A stretch of 64,000 bases of DNA from Myxococcota bacterium (GTDB lineage Bacteria; Myxococcota_A; UBA9160; UBA6930), in contig OZ245002.1 in the NCBI GenBank assembly GCA_965223415.1, forward strand, positions 768,001-832,000, in the 5' to 3' direction. Under the pieces are notes generated by a model, which saw only the letters and a program-made list of their open reading frames with translations, did no database searches and was not told where the DNA came from. Positions 28,594-38,593 of the stretch are shown here, in pieces; positions within the stretch are counted from its first letter, which is position 1, and every line of letters starts with the position of its first letter. Position numbers and translations under genes: made by a program.

Positions 28594-29214
28594 GTGACCA
28601 CCCTCGACGACGCGCTCCGCGAGCGCATCCGCCGCCACCTCACCGACCACCGGCGCCGCAGCGAGCCTCTGGGCGAGCGCCGCCATGCGGCCGTCGCCCT
28701 GGCCCTCCTGCCCGATGAGGAGGGCCGGCCGAGCTTCGTGCTCACCCGCCGGGCCGCGCGCTTGCGCGACCACGCGGGCCAGTGGGCGCTCCCGGGCGGT
28801 CGCCTCGACGACGGCGAGTCCGTCGAAGAGGCCGCGCTCCGCGAGCTGCGAGAAGAGGTCGGCCTCCAGCTCGGCGCCGGAGCCGTGCTCGGTCTCCTCG
28901 ACGACTACCCGACCCGCAGCGGCTTCGTCATCACGCCGGTCGTCGCCTGGGCCGGCCTCCACGCCGAGCTGGTGCCGGACCCCACCGAGGTGGCGGAGGT
29001 GTACCGGGTCGCGGTGGAGCAGCTCGACGCACCGGAGGTCCCCCACCTGCGCCGAATCCCCGAGAGCGAGCGCCCGGTCATCTCGATTCCGCTGCTCGGC
29101 ACCCACATCCACGCACCCACCGCCGCCATCCTCTTCCAGCTCCGCGAGGTCGCCCTGTGGGGCCGGGGCACCCGCGTCTCCCACTTCGAGCAGCCGGTCT
29201 TCGCCTGGCGCTGA
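28594..29214 (+). CDS. Nudix CoA pyrophosphatase (NudL/Pcd1-like)
   Basis: LTRRAARLRDHAGQWALPGG followed by Nudix box AALRELREEVGL. Confidence 0.9.
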   Translation: MTTLDDALRERIRRHLTDHRRRSEPLGERRHAAVALALLPDEEGRPSFVLTRRAARLRDHAGQWALPGGRLDDGESVEEAALRELREEVGLQLGAGAVLGLLDDYPTRSGFVITPVVAWAGLHAELVPDPTEVAEVYRVAVEQLDAPEVPHLRRIPESERPVISIPLLGTHIHAPTAAILFQLREVALWGRGTRVSHFEQPVFAWR

Positions 29215-29245
29215 AGGTGCGCGATCGGCCCCCTGGCCAGCGAGG

Positions 29246-30508
29246 CTAGGCGGCCCGCACGTGACCGCGGCCGATCGAGTCCAGACTGGGCGCGCCCATC
29301 TGCCTCATCGTCGTCGCGAGCTCCGCCCGCAGGATCCGTAGCACGGCTTCGACCCCCGCCTGGCCGAAGGCCGCCAGGCCCCACAGATAGGGCCGGCCGA
29401 CGCAGACCGCGGAAGCCCCGAGTGCAATCGCCTTCACGATGTCCGTTCCACGGCGGAAGCCGCTGTCGACCAGGATGGGAACGCGCCCGTCCACGGCGCG
29501 CGCGATCTCGGGCAGCACCTCGATCGTCGAGAGCCCGCTGTCCTCGGCGCGCCCGCCGTGGTTCGACACGACGATGCCGTCGACGCCATGCTCCATGCAG
29601 AGACTCGCGTCCTCGGGCGTGAGGATCCCCTTGATCCAGAGCTTCATCGACGTGCCGTCGCGGATCCGATCCACGTAGTCCCAATCGAGCACGAGCAGGT
29701 TCCGGATCCAGGCGTCGAGGTCGAGACCGACGGCGCCGCCCGCAGCGGCGATCCCTCGCAGGGCGTCGCCTCCGAGCGACGCGTGGCAGGAGCGGCACGC
29801 GGGGTTCTCGTCCCGACGGTAGCGGCGCATGCGGTCGCGATTGGCTCCGTTCGCCACGATGTCGGCCGTCAGGACCACGGCCGGGCATCCTGCTCCTTCG
29901 GCTCGCCTCAGCTGCGCGCGCGTCGCAGGCCACACGCGCGCCGTGTAGAGCTGGAACCAGGGCGCCTCGCCGCGTGCGTCGGCCACCTCCTCGATCGGGG
30001 TCGACGAGCCCGTGGACAGGATCATGCCGTGGTCGATGCGTCTCGCCGCACGTGCCACCGCGAGCTCGCCCTCGGGATGGAAGGCGCGCTGGCTCCCGCA
30101 GGGAGCCAGCAGGATCGGAGAGGAGAGCCGGGTCCCGAGGACGTCGGTGCGGGTGTCCACCTGCCGGACGTCCACCAGGCGCCGGGGCCGCAGCTGGAAG
30201 CGCTCGAACGCGGACTGGTTCGCGCGCAGCGTGGCCTCGTGCTGCACGCCCATCGACAGATACGTGTAGTGGGCCGGCGAGAGGTTGCGCTCCGCCACCG
30301 GCTCGAAGTCGAAGACGTCGATCGCCGCGCTCGCCTCCTCGATGATCTCGCGCGGCAGCGGCTCGCAGCCGGCCCCGGGCACGGGATCCAGGCCTCGCCC
30401 GATCGCCCAGAGAGGTCGAGCCGTGAGGAGGGGGCTGGCCATGAGGAAGCACAGGAACGACCGACGGCTCCGTGCGGCGGTCCCGGCGTCGAGGACTCGG
30501 TGCGACAT
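29246..30508 (-). CDS. FMN-dependent alpha-hydroxy acid oxidase/dehydrogenase with Tat-like signal
   Basis: SRRSFL N-terminus; IKGILT, VSNHGGR, DSGFRRGTD, GRPYLWGL. Confidence 0.9.
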   Translation of the reverse strand: MSHRVLDAGTAARSRRSFLCFLMASPLLTARPLWAIGRGLDPVPGAGCEPLPREIIEEASAAIDVFDFEPVAERNLSPAHYTYLSMGVQHEATLRANQSAFERFQLRPRRLVDVRQVDTRTDVLGTRLSSPILLAPCGSQRAFHPEGELAVARAARRIDHGMILSTGSSTPIEEVADARGEAPWFQLYTARVWPATRAQLRRAEGAGCPAVVLTADIVANGANRDRMRRYRRDENPACRSCHASLGGDALRGIAAAGGAVGLDLDAWIRNLLVLDWDYVDRIRDGTSMKLWIKGILTPEDASLCMEHGVDGIVVSNHGGRAEDSGLSTIEVLPEIARAVDGRVPILVDSGFRRGTDIVKAIALGASAVCVGRPYLWGLAAFGQAGVEAVLRILRAELATTMRQMGAPSLDSIGRGHVRAA

Positions 30509-30634
30509 GCACGGCAGGAGAGCAAGCGACGTGCCAGGGCCGCATCGACGTCTCGGGGCTCCTCGGGCGCGCGAGGCGCAAGGGGCGGGCGACAGGTGCA
30601 GCCGGCGTGCTGCGGCGCGTGAACGCCGCTCCCC

Positions 30635-31369
30635 TCAGCTTCTCCGCAGTCCGAGGTAGTGATCCACACCGGACACGTGGTGCTGCTCGATCCCCCAGCC
30701 CGTGCCGTCGACCAGTCGCGGAACGTCGTCCACCACGAAGTTGGTCTGGCGCCACCACGGTGATGCGATCGCGCCGTAGACCAATCGCAGGGTCACATCG
30801 CCTACGTAGTCGCCGGCTTCGAGCCGGGCCTTCTGATATTGCAGCGCGTGTTCGTCTGCGCCGACGGTGGGATCCACCGTATCGGCGATCAGCATCGCGC
30901 CGGGCGCGCATCGAGCGTGGAGCGCCCGCAGCAGCCGGCGCGTCGCCTCCCATCCACCCGCGAGCCCCAGGTTCCCGCAGAGGAGCAGGACCGCGTTCCA
31001 GTCCCGATCGCCGGGCACCTCCTCGAGGAAGTCCTGGACCCGGACCTCCTCGACGCCTCTGCGGCGACAAACCTCGACAGCACCAGGTGAGGAGTCGACT
31101 GCGACGACGTCGACCCCCCGCGTCTGGAGGTGCAACGAGGCTCGTCCCGCGCCTGTGCCGAGGTCGAGGACGGGGCCTGCCAGACCGGCCAGCGCACCTC
31201 GCTCCCATTCGCTCCAGTGGGCGGGCTGCTGGAAGAACCAGGCGGGCGACATCGCCGGCACGCTCCAGCCGTCGTCGACCTCGAGCCTCAGCTCCTCGAC
31301 CGGCCGGCCCTCGAGGTGATCGAGGAGGGCCCTACCGAACGCGTCCTGGTCGAGCGGAACGTTCGGCAC
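30635..31369 (-). CDS. class I SAM-dependent methyltransferase
   Basis: DAFGRAL N-terminus, VLDLGTGAGR, VDSSPGAV. Confidence 0.85.
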   Translation of the reverse strand: MPNVPLDQDAFGRALLDHLEGRPVEELRLEVDDGWSVPAMSPAWFFQQPAHWSEWERGALAGLAGPVLDLGTGAGRASLHLQTRGVDVVAVDSSPGAVEVCRRRGVEEVRVQDFLEEVPGDRDWNAVLLLCGNLGLAGGWEATRRLLRALHARCAPGAMLIADTVDPTVGADEHALQYQKARLEAGDYVGDVTLRLVYGAIASPWWRQTNFVVDDVPRLVDGTGWGIEQHHVSGVDHYLGLRRS

Positions 31370-31375
31370 CGGCCC

Positions 31376-31837
31376 TCACGGGTTGGAGTCGGGGATGTGG
31401 GCCACCTCGATCTTGATCCCGTCGGGATCGGCGTAGAAGGCCGCGTGGTAGCCCGGTGAGTAGCCGCGCTGCCCGGTGTAGTCCACCGGCGCATCGAGGA
31501 CGTCCGCTCCCGCCGCGACCATGGCCTCGTGGACGCGGTTCACGTCCTGCGCGCTCTCGGCATGGAAGGCCATGTGGTGCATGCCCGGAGCGTACCGGTC
31601 GTTGGGCCGGTCGCGGTTCGGCCCGGAGGAGGGCCGGACTTCGATGCCGAACGTCGCGCCCGCAGCGAGCCGCACCTGCCACGCGGCGCGGCGGGGCTTC
31701 GCCCCCTGGAAGTCCGCCATGGGGATCTCGAGGCGCTCGTAGCCGAGAGCCCGGAAGAGAGCGTCGTAGAAGGGGATCGAACGATCGGGATCGCTGATCG
31801 AGAGATCGACGTGAGTGAGGGGACCGCGAATCGGCAT
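31376..31837 (-). CDS. VOC/glyoxalase family protein
   Basis: HVDLSISD, GMHHMAF, FYADPDGIKIE. Confidence 0.9.
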   Translation of the reverse strand: MPIRGPLTHVDLSISDPDRSIPFYDALFRALGYERLEIPMADFQGAKPRRAAWQVRLAAGATFGIEVRPSSGPNRDRPNDRYAPGMHHMAFHAESAQDVNRVHEAMVAAGADVLDAPVDYTGQRGYSPGYHAAFYADPDGIKIEVAHIPDSNP

Positions 31838-31883
31838 CTCTCATCCTACACGACGGGATTTGGGACGACCGGTACCCGTTTCC

Positions 31884-33119
31884 CTACTTCCGCAGCGTCC
31901 CATCCTCCCCCAGTGTCCGGTCCCAGGCGTCGATCACCTCGGTCCGCACGTTCCAGTCGGTCCCTTCTTCTTCCCGGGTCAGGTCCGCCAGCGTCTCCTT
32001 CGGCCGCAGCTCCGGATCCAGCGCGGCCCCGACCCGGAACAGCGCCTTCGCCGGCGCTCCGTCCAGCACCTCGGCGAGGGGCCGATCGCGGAGCCTCGCG
32101 ACCTCGGCGAGCCCGCGCTCGATTCCTCGCAGCGCCTTGCGAAGGGAGGCGCTCACCGAGTCCGGATCCGCCAGCGGCAGCTTGTCGGCCACGGCCAGGG
32201 CGTTCGCGACGGCCAGCACCGCCTCGAAGATCTCCGCAGCCCGCTCCGGGGGAAGCTCGGCGAGGGTGCGCCCCACGAGCGTGCCGTCGAGCACCGCGGG
32301 TGGCTGGGCGCGCACCACGAGATCGGTCCGGGCGCCGTCGTCCGGCTGCAGCGCGGCGGGAGGAAGCTCCAGCGCATCCGGTCGGAGTGGCCGGTAGGTG
32401 CGCATCGCGCGGTCGCGGTCGGGGAAGCCCAGGTCGTTCAGACGGCTTCGCTGCCACTGGGCGGCGAACAGCTCGCACTCGACGCGGCTTTCGAGGACCG
32501 CACCGTGGACCAGGTTCCAATAGTGGCGCGGCGCGTACAGGAGGGCGATGCCGAGGAGGGTCCGCAGGCGTTCCTCGTGCTCGGCTGAGCGGGGCTCGTA
32601 GTAGGCGAAGCCGTCTTCGCTCGTGAGGCCTTCGGTCTCGCCGCCGGGGGGCGCGAAGTCGGCCATTTCCTTCATGGCCACGATCCAGAGCTCCGGGTCG
32701 AGCTCTTCGAAGGCGGCGACCAGGGTCTCCGGGCCGGCCGCGATCAGGGCGTCGATCCACTCGAACAGCCGACTCGGCGAGAGCGTACGGTCCTTCCAGC
32801 AGTCGAGGTCGACGGCGGCGACGCGCTGCTCGGCCGTGGCGTGCCGGGCGAGCCAGCCCGCGTCCTCGATGCCGGTGGCCACCACGGTGGTGGCGAAGAC
32901 GGCCTCGGGCAGGTGCGGGACGATCTCGGGAGCCCGCTCGGCGAGCTCGAGGAACTCGGCGCGCTGCCGGGGCGGAAGCCCGACGAGGGCGCCGGCGAGC
33001 TGCTCGGGCTCGTAGGCGTTCAAGCGATCCCGCGCGTCCTTCGCGCGGGATCGGGCGAGGGACAGCAGGTCGTCGCCGGCCGGTAGCGGAGCGGGAACGG
33101 GTCGCGGGGCTCGGTTCAC
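31884..33119 (-). CDS. conserved hypothetical protein (DUF6178-like)
   Basis: VDLDCWK, RSRLNDLGFPD motifs as recalled; GTG start with GGAGG RBS. Confidence 0.65.
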   Translation of the reverse strand: MNRAPRPVPAPLPAGDDLLSLARSRAKDARDRLNAYEPEQLAGALVGLPPRQRAEFLELAERAPEIVPHLPEAVFATTVVATGIEDAGWLARHATAEQRVAAVDLDCWKDRTLSPSRLFEWIDALIAAGPETLVAAFEELDPELWIVAMKEMADFAPPGGETEGLTSEDGFAYYEPRSAEHEERLRTLLGIALLYAPRHYWNLVHGAVLESRVECELFAAQWQRSRLNDLGFPDRDRAMRTYRPLRPDALELPPAALQPDDGARTDLVVRAQPPAVLDGTLVGRTLAELPPERAAEIFEAVLAVANALAVADKLPLADPDSVSASLRKALRGIERGLAEVARLRDRPLAEVLDGAPAKALFRVGAALDPELRPKETLADLTREEEGTDWNVRTEVIDAWDRTLGEDGTLRK

Positions 33120-33311
33120 CGGTACACCTCCCGGGGGCCCGAAACGGCCTGGGCCCCCTACCCTTGGGTCTCGTACGGCGAGCGCAGGGCGGGCGGCGCC
33201 GCGGGGGCGCGCTCCTGCCCAGGGTGCGCAGCATGGCGTGCGCCACAGGGTCTGCACAGACTGAAATCTGCGGCCTTCGCGCGCTATCCTAGGGGGGCGG
33301 ACGCGCGGCCT

Positions 33312-33732
33312 TCAGGAGCCCTCGAGGCCCCGGTGGATGGCCCGCTCGACCGGCGACTCGCTTCCGTCTTCCCGGTCGAGGCGTAGCGGCTCCGCAGGCG
33401 GGATGCCGGGCTGGGCCAGGAACCGCGGCGCGACGCCGCGATGGGGCCGGCTCGCGGCGTGCACGAGGAACGGGTGACACAGGTAGACGTCGCCGGCCCT
33501 CCCGGTCGCGCGGGCGAGCGGGATGGCCCGGAGAAAGAGCTCCGCCGTCGAGCCGAAGATGCGAACCACGGGCTCCGTCCACGTCGAGGGCTGGTCCGGC
33601 GAGAGGCCGGTGGCGCGCCACAGCCACGCCCGGCACGCCGAGACGACGGGCTCCGGGATCGCGCCTTCGAGCCGCAGGGAAGCCGTCGGCGACGAACCGC
33701 TCCACGTCCGTCTCGCCGAACGGAGCGATCAA
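33312..33732 (-). pseudogene. PhyH-family dioxygenase remnant with frameshift and internal deletion
   Basis: ERFVADGF, extra C near 33678, then LRLEGAIP..TWTEPVVR; joins directly to ATGRAGDVYLCHPFLVHAA with the HxD core missing. Confidence 0.75.
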
Positions 33733-34532
33733 TCGGGGGGCCGCCGCGCCGTCACGAGACCCGTCTCGATCGTGACGTGGAAGAAGCCGCGCTCGGCGAT
33801 CTCGGCCTCGACCCGCCGGGCGACGGCTGCCCGCTGCCCGTCCGTCAGCGGATCGGTCGAGTCGAGGTAGTCGACCACCGCGCTCGCATCGGTGACGCGC
33901 AGGGCGTTCGGGTAGCGGAGGAGCTCGACGTCGGCGAAGTGGCGCTGCACGGCGCGGCTCCCGGTGGTGAGCCCGAAGCGCTCCGCCAGTTGCGCTCCGG
34001 TCCGCGGAAGGCCCATCTCCTCCTTGAGGGAGAGCAGCTCCGCGATGTGCCGGGCCCCGTTGGTGGCAGCGAAGAGCCGTCCTCCGGGCACGAGGAGCCG
34101 GCGGAGCCCGGCGAGGGCGTCCCCCAGCCGATCCGCGTGGTAGAGCATGTGGTGGGCGAGGATCGCGTCGAAGCAGGCATCACGAAAGGGAAGGCGGCAG
34201 GCCGTCGCCTGGACACGGCGGCGGTCCACGGCGCCGACCTCGCGGAGCATGCCGACCGAGAGGTCGCAGAGGGTTCGGCGACCGGGCTGCTGCGCCTCCC
34301 GTGCCCGCCAGAAGGCCCCGTTCCCGCATCCGACGTCGAGCACCTCCCGGAAGCGCGCCAGCCCGCAGTGCCGGTGGAGCCAGGCGGTCCAGGACTCCGG
34401 GGCAACGGAGTAGGCCGCATGGAGGCGCATCCGCGCGGCCAGTCGGCGGTCGTCCGCGTACTGACCGACCCGCAGCTGTCCCTCGCCGACGTCGATCGAC
34501 CGTGTCGGGAAAGACGGCCGGTGCCTAGCCAT
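33729..34532 (-). CDS. class I SAM-dependent methyltransferase
   Basis: VLDVGCGNG, DLSVGM, LPFRDACFD, HMLYH. Confidence 0.85.
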   Translation of the reverse strand: MARHRPSFPTRSIDVGEGQLRVGQYADDRRLAARMRLHAAYSVAPESWTAWLHRHCGLARFREVLDVGCGNGAFWRAREAQQPGRRTLCDLSVGMLREVGAVDRRRVQATACRLPFRDACFDAILAHHMLYHADRLGDALAGLRRLLVPGGRLFAATNGARHIAELLSLKEEMGLPRTGAQLAERFGLTTGSRAVQRHFADVELLRYPNALRVTDASAVVDYLDSTDPLTDGQRAAVARRVEAEIAERGFFHVTIETGLVTARRPPD

Positions 34533-36286
34533 CGAGTGCCGAGGCGAGCGCAGCGACCAGACGCTCGGCGGCGTACGGCTTTCGCAGGAATCCGGTGCGG
34601 GGCTGGCGGACCAGGGCGAGCACCACCCGCTCCTCGTCGTAGCCGCCTGCTGAGCAGCACGGGAAGGAGGGGCCGCTTCTCGCGGAGCTGGCGCAGCGTG
34701 TCGGTGGTGCTCCGTCCCGGCATCGTCAGGTCGAGGATGACGCCGTCCAGCTCCTCGCCGGCGTCGGCGACCGCCAGCGCCGCGTCGCCGTCCGCGGCTT
34801 CGACCACCGAGCAGCCGCGCTCCTCGAGCACCCGGCGAACGAGATGACGGATCGGCGCCTCGTCGTCGACGACCAGGATGCGCCGCCCGGTCACGGCCGC
34901 GTGGCGTACGGCCTGCGGCTGCGCCGGGCGTCCACTCGATTCGGGAAGGAGGAGCTGGAAGCTCGACCCGCGCCCTTGCTCCGACTCGACGACGAAGCCT
35001 CCGCCATGGCTGCGGGCGATGCCCAGGGCCGCCGCGAGCCCGAGCCCCCGACCCCGGGGCTTCGTCGTGAAGAAGGGATCGAAGACGTGGAGCCGATCCT
35101 CGTCGCGGATCCCGGCGCCGTCGTCGCGAACTTCGAGACAGACGTAGCTGCCCCCGGGACGCGACTCCTGCGGCTCGAGCCCGCGGGCGGCGGCGGCGTC
35201 GAGCTCGACGACGCGGGTGCGGACTCGGATCCGGCCCTGCCCCTCTGGCAGCGCTTCGGCCGCGTTCAACACCAGATTGGTGACGATCTGCTGCAGCTGG
35301 CCGGCGTCTCCACGCACACGCGGCTCGTCGGGCTCCAGATCGAGGGTCAGCGTCGCGGTGGGGGGCACCGCGGCGCGAACGACGCCGACGGTGCCGCGAA
35401 CCAGCTCGTTCACGCCCGTCGGCTCCGCGCGCAGGCTTCCGCCGCCTGCGTAGGAGAGCAGCTGCCCGGTGAGCAGCGACGCCCGCTCCGCCGCACTGAC
35501 GACCGCATCGAGATCACCCCGGGCCGGCGAATCGACCGGCACCTCCTGCCGGGCCAGCTCGGCGTGGCCGAGCACGATCAGCAGCAGGTTGTTGAAGTCG
35601 TGGGCGACGCCGCCGGCCATCCGGCCGAGGCTCTCCAGGTTCTGGGTCTTGAGCAGGCTGTCCTGGAGCCGCTCCCGCTCCGCCACCTCGAGCTCGAGAG
35701 CGGCCACGCTCTCCTCGAGCTCCAGCCTTCGGCCTTCGCTCTCGAGGCGAAGGGCCTCGAGGCGCCGCATGTAGACGCCCCGCCAGAGGTGGATGATGAG
35801 GGCGAGGACGCCGCCGTTCGTCACCACGATCAAGGGCTGGCTCCACTCGGCGCCCGGCGCGCTGCGTGCGGCCGTGACGAGGAGGGTGGCGAGAGCGCCC
35901 GCGACGAGCAGACCGAAGCGCAGCGACGAGGCCAGGAACAAGCTGCCGCCGACGAGGAGCGCCGCCAACGAGTGCAGGAAGCGGGGCTCGGGAAAGAGGA
36001 AGAGGTAGATGGCGTCGTTCGCCAGCACGGCCAGGGCCACCGCGAGGACACAGTCGTCGACGCGGCCTTCATCCGGCGGCCGGCGAATCCAGTGCAGGCC
36101 CACGGCCAGGAGCCCCACCGCCGTCGACGCGGCGGCCCCGCAGATCCACCACGCCGCCGGCGGCTCGACGCTCTGACCGTGGATCCAGACCAGGACTCCG
36201 TACCACGCACCGACGACGCACGATGCGGGACCGAGGGCGGAACGCACCGAGGAGAAGAGTGTGGCGGCTGAGGGAGCGAGGGGCAT
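34525..36286 (-). CDS. membrane hybrid sensor histidine kinase-receiver with frameshift near 34647
   Basis: TM N-terminus; AHDFNNLL, NLVLNA, PFFTTK, GLGL; receiver VVDDE..LDLTMP; SGY..FLRKPY continues in another frame to TAG at 34525. Confidence 0.85.
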
Positions 36287-36386
36287 GGGGAGACTCGCTG
36301 GAACGAGCCCAAGGGTACCAGGGGTCAGGCGCCCGAGCCCTTGGCGAGCCCGGTCTTGCGGATCCCGGCATGGCGCAGTGCCGACC

Positions 36387-37622
36387 TCAGCGCCGATCCG
36401 CGATCGGACCGAGCAGGTCCCTCCCGGCGACGGCCCTCACCGCGGCGCGGAAGCTCTCCGTGGTGATCGGCTCGTCGTCCCGGGAGAGCTTCAGCACGAC
36501 GTCGTCGAGGCTGGCCTCGTCGTCGGTGGCCCGGCGAATCGACTCGTCGAGGCCATGAAGCACCCCGACGGCGCGGGCGGTGACCACCGGGTCGGCCCGG
36601 CCGGTGCGCAGGCCGGGCGCCGCCCGGCCGCGCTCGGCCATGCGGGCGAGAGCGCCCCGGAACCGGCGGCGGCTGATCGAACGGGAGCGCGCCAGCACCT
36701 CGAGGGAGTAGAGCTCCGCCAGTCCCTCGACGACCCAGTCGCCGTCCTCGCCGGAGCGGGCTCCCATCTGGGCGTGGACGAGCTCGTGGAGGAGCGGGCT
36801 CGTGGCGTCGCCGGTGATCAGCGGGCGATCGGCGTGGACGAAGACCGAGCGCGGGCCCGAGAGGCCGCCGCGCCACATCGGATCGCCGGCGCTCACCACG
36901 AGCAGACGCTCCGGAAGCGGGCCGGTGGCGTCGCGCAGTGCGGGCAGCGTCCAGCGCAGGAAGGCGAGCATGTCGTGGCGGCGCACGCCCTGGCCCACCG
37001 GCCCCGCCACGGCGACGTGGCTGCCGGCGATGCGCTCGCGCAGGATGCCGAGGCGACCGGTCAGCATCCAGCCGGTCGGCCGGTCGAAACGACGCGCCGG
37101 GTTCGCCACTTCGTAGGTGCCCGCGGCGATGCGCCGATAGGGGACCGCCGCGGACCAGCGCTTCGGCGTGCGAAGCTTGAGCACCGAGCGGGACTCGGCG
37201 CCCTTCAGGGTGCGCACGCGGGCGGGCGGAAAGAGATCGTCGCCGCGGAAGAGCGCCCAGTGCTCCGCGCAGCGCGCGTCGTAGCTCGCCGGGTTGCGCA
37301 GGTGGTCGATGCGGAAGTCGTAGCGGAGGGCACCTCCCCGCCGCGGCGGGGTCCAGCGGACGAATCCGTCTCCCTCCTCGATGGTGCCGTCGCCGCGGAA
37401 ATCCGCATGGCGATCCGGGTCGGTGCGCAGCTGGATCCACCGCACCACCCGGGCGCCGCGTCCGAGGCGGAGGGTGGCGCGGGCGACCCGATCGGTGGGC
37501 ACGAGGGAGGCCTCGAACACGACGTCGTAGGTGGGCGGCGGCTCCGGGGGCTCCTCGGCGCGGAGCCGCGCGCCGGGCGACGAGAAGAGCAGGACCAGGG
37601 CCAGCGTTGCCAAGCGATTCAC
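36387..37622 (-). CDS. secreted protein with gluzincin-like HEXXH..E motif
   Basis: Signal peptide; LLHELVH then WVVEGLAELY; GTG start overlaps upstream TGA. Confidence 0.75.
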   Translation of the reverse strand: MNRLATLALVLLFSSPGARLRAEEPPEPPPTYDVVFEASLVPTDRVARATLRLGRGARVVRWIQLRTDPDRHADFRGDGTIEEGDGFVRWTPPRRGGALRYDFRIDHLRNPASYDARCAEHWALFRGDDLFPPARVRTLKGAESRSVLKLRTPKRWSAAVPYRRIAAGTYEVANPARRFDRPTGWMLTGRLGILRERIAGSHVAVAGPVGQGVRRHDMLAFLRWTLPALRDATGPLPERLLVVSAGDPMWRGGLSGPRSVFVHADRPLITGDATSPLLHELVHAQMGARSGEDGDWVVEGLAELYSLEVLARSRSISRRRFRGALARMAERGRAAPGLRTGRADPVVTARAVGVLHGLDESIRRATDDEASLDDVVLKLSRDDEPITTESFRAAVRAVAGRDLLGPIADRR

Positions 37623-38593
37623 GAGCGCGTCTCTCCTTCGTCACTCCGGCGGGCGAACTCCTGTCCCATCGCCACCCGCTCCGCCACTGGGAGCGCCTGC
37701 TGCCAATCGCTGTCCGGCGTACCGAGGGCACGATCGACCGCGTCGAGGCGCGGCCGCAGGCCGGCGCGGTTCGCGAGCTGGATCGCCAGGCCGGGACGCG
37801 CGTTCAGCTCGAGGATCACGGGCCCCCGCACCGCGTCTACCACCATGTCGGCGCCCACGTAGCCGAGGCCGGTGCGATCCGTCGCCTGCACGGCGATCTC
37901 CAGCACCCGGTCGAACTCCGGGATCGGCACGTTCACGAGGGGCTCGTCGCTGTCGGGATGGCGCACGATCGGCCGGTTCTTGTGGACGGCGAAGAGGGTG
38001 CGCCCGCTCGCCAGATCGATTCCGGCGCCGATCGCGCCCTGGTGCAGATTCGCGCGGCCGCCGCTGCGGCGGGTCGGCAGCCGTGTCATCGCCATGACCG
38101 GGATCCCCCGGTAGACGATGACGCGCACGTCCGGCACGCCGTCCGCGGCCAGCGGGGCCAGGAGCAGATGGGTCTGGAGGCACTCCTCCACGAGCGCCAC
38201 GTCCTGGTGACCGGCCAGGGAGTAGAGACCGGAGATGATGCCGGTGGCGTGGTAGACGAGGTCTTCCGCCGGGAACTCCCGGCCGCCGCGCAGGAAGCCG
38301 CCGCCGTCGCCGGTCCGGATCACGAGGATGCCGTTGCCCATCGCGCCCCGCGCCGGCTTCAGCACGAAGGACTCCACGTTGCGGAGCGCCTCGGGCAGGC
38401 GGCGGGCCTCCCGGTGCAAGCCCGCCTCGGCCAGCAGCCGGGGAACCGGGATCCCGGCCTCGAGGCACAGTCGCTTGGTCGCGAGCTTGTCGTCGACGAG
38501 CGGGAAGCGCGAGCGGTCGTTCGCGGCCAGGGTGTAGCGCGCGTTGCGGCGGTTGATGCCGAGCACGCCGCGGCGACGGAGGGCGCTCCACAT
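37619..38593 (-). CDS. alpha-L-glutamate ligase-like (RimK-related) ATP-grasp protein
   Basis: GVLGINRRN, VDDKLATK, FVLKPARG, GVPDVR, RANLHQGA, LELNARPGLAIQLAN. Confidence 0.9.
   Translation of the reverse strand: MWSALRRRGVLGINRRNARYTLAANDRSRFPLVDDKLATKRLCLEAGIPVPRLLAEAGLHREARRLPEALRNVESFVLKPARGAMGNGILVIRTGDGGGFLRGGREFPAEDLVYHATGIISGLYSLAGHQDVALVEECLQTHLLLAPLAADGVPDVRVIVYRGIPVMAMTRLPTRRSGGRANLHQGAIGAGIDLASGRTLFAVHKNRPIVRHPDSDEPLVNVPIPEFDRVLEIAVQATDRTGLGYVGADMVVDAVRGPVILELNARPGLAIQLANRAGLRPRLDAVDRALGTPDSDWQQALPVAERVAMGQEFARRSDEGETRS

Noticed and set aside
33845..34524. 813-aa kinase with a novel C-terminal domain
   Set aside because: The tail is frameshift readthrough over the methyltransferase gene
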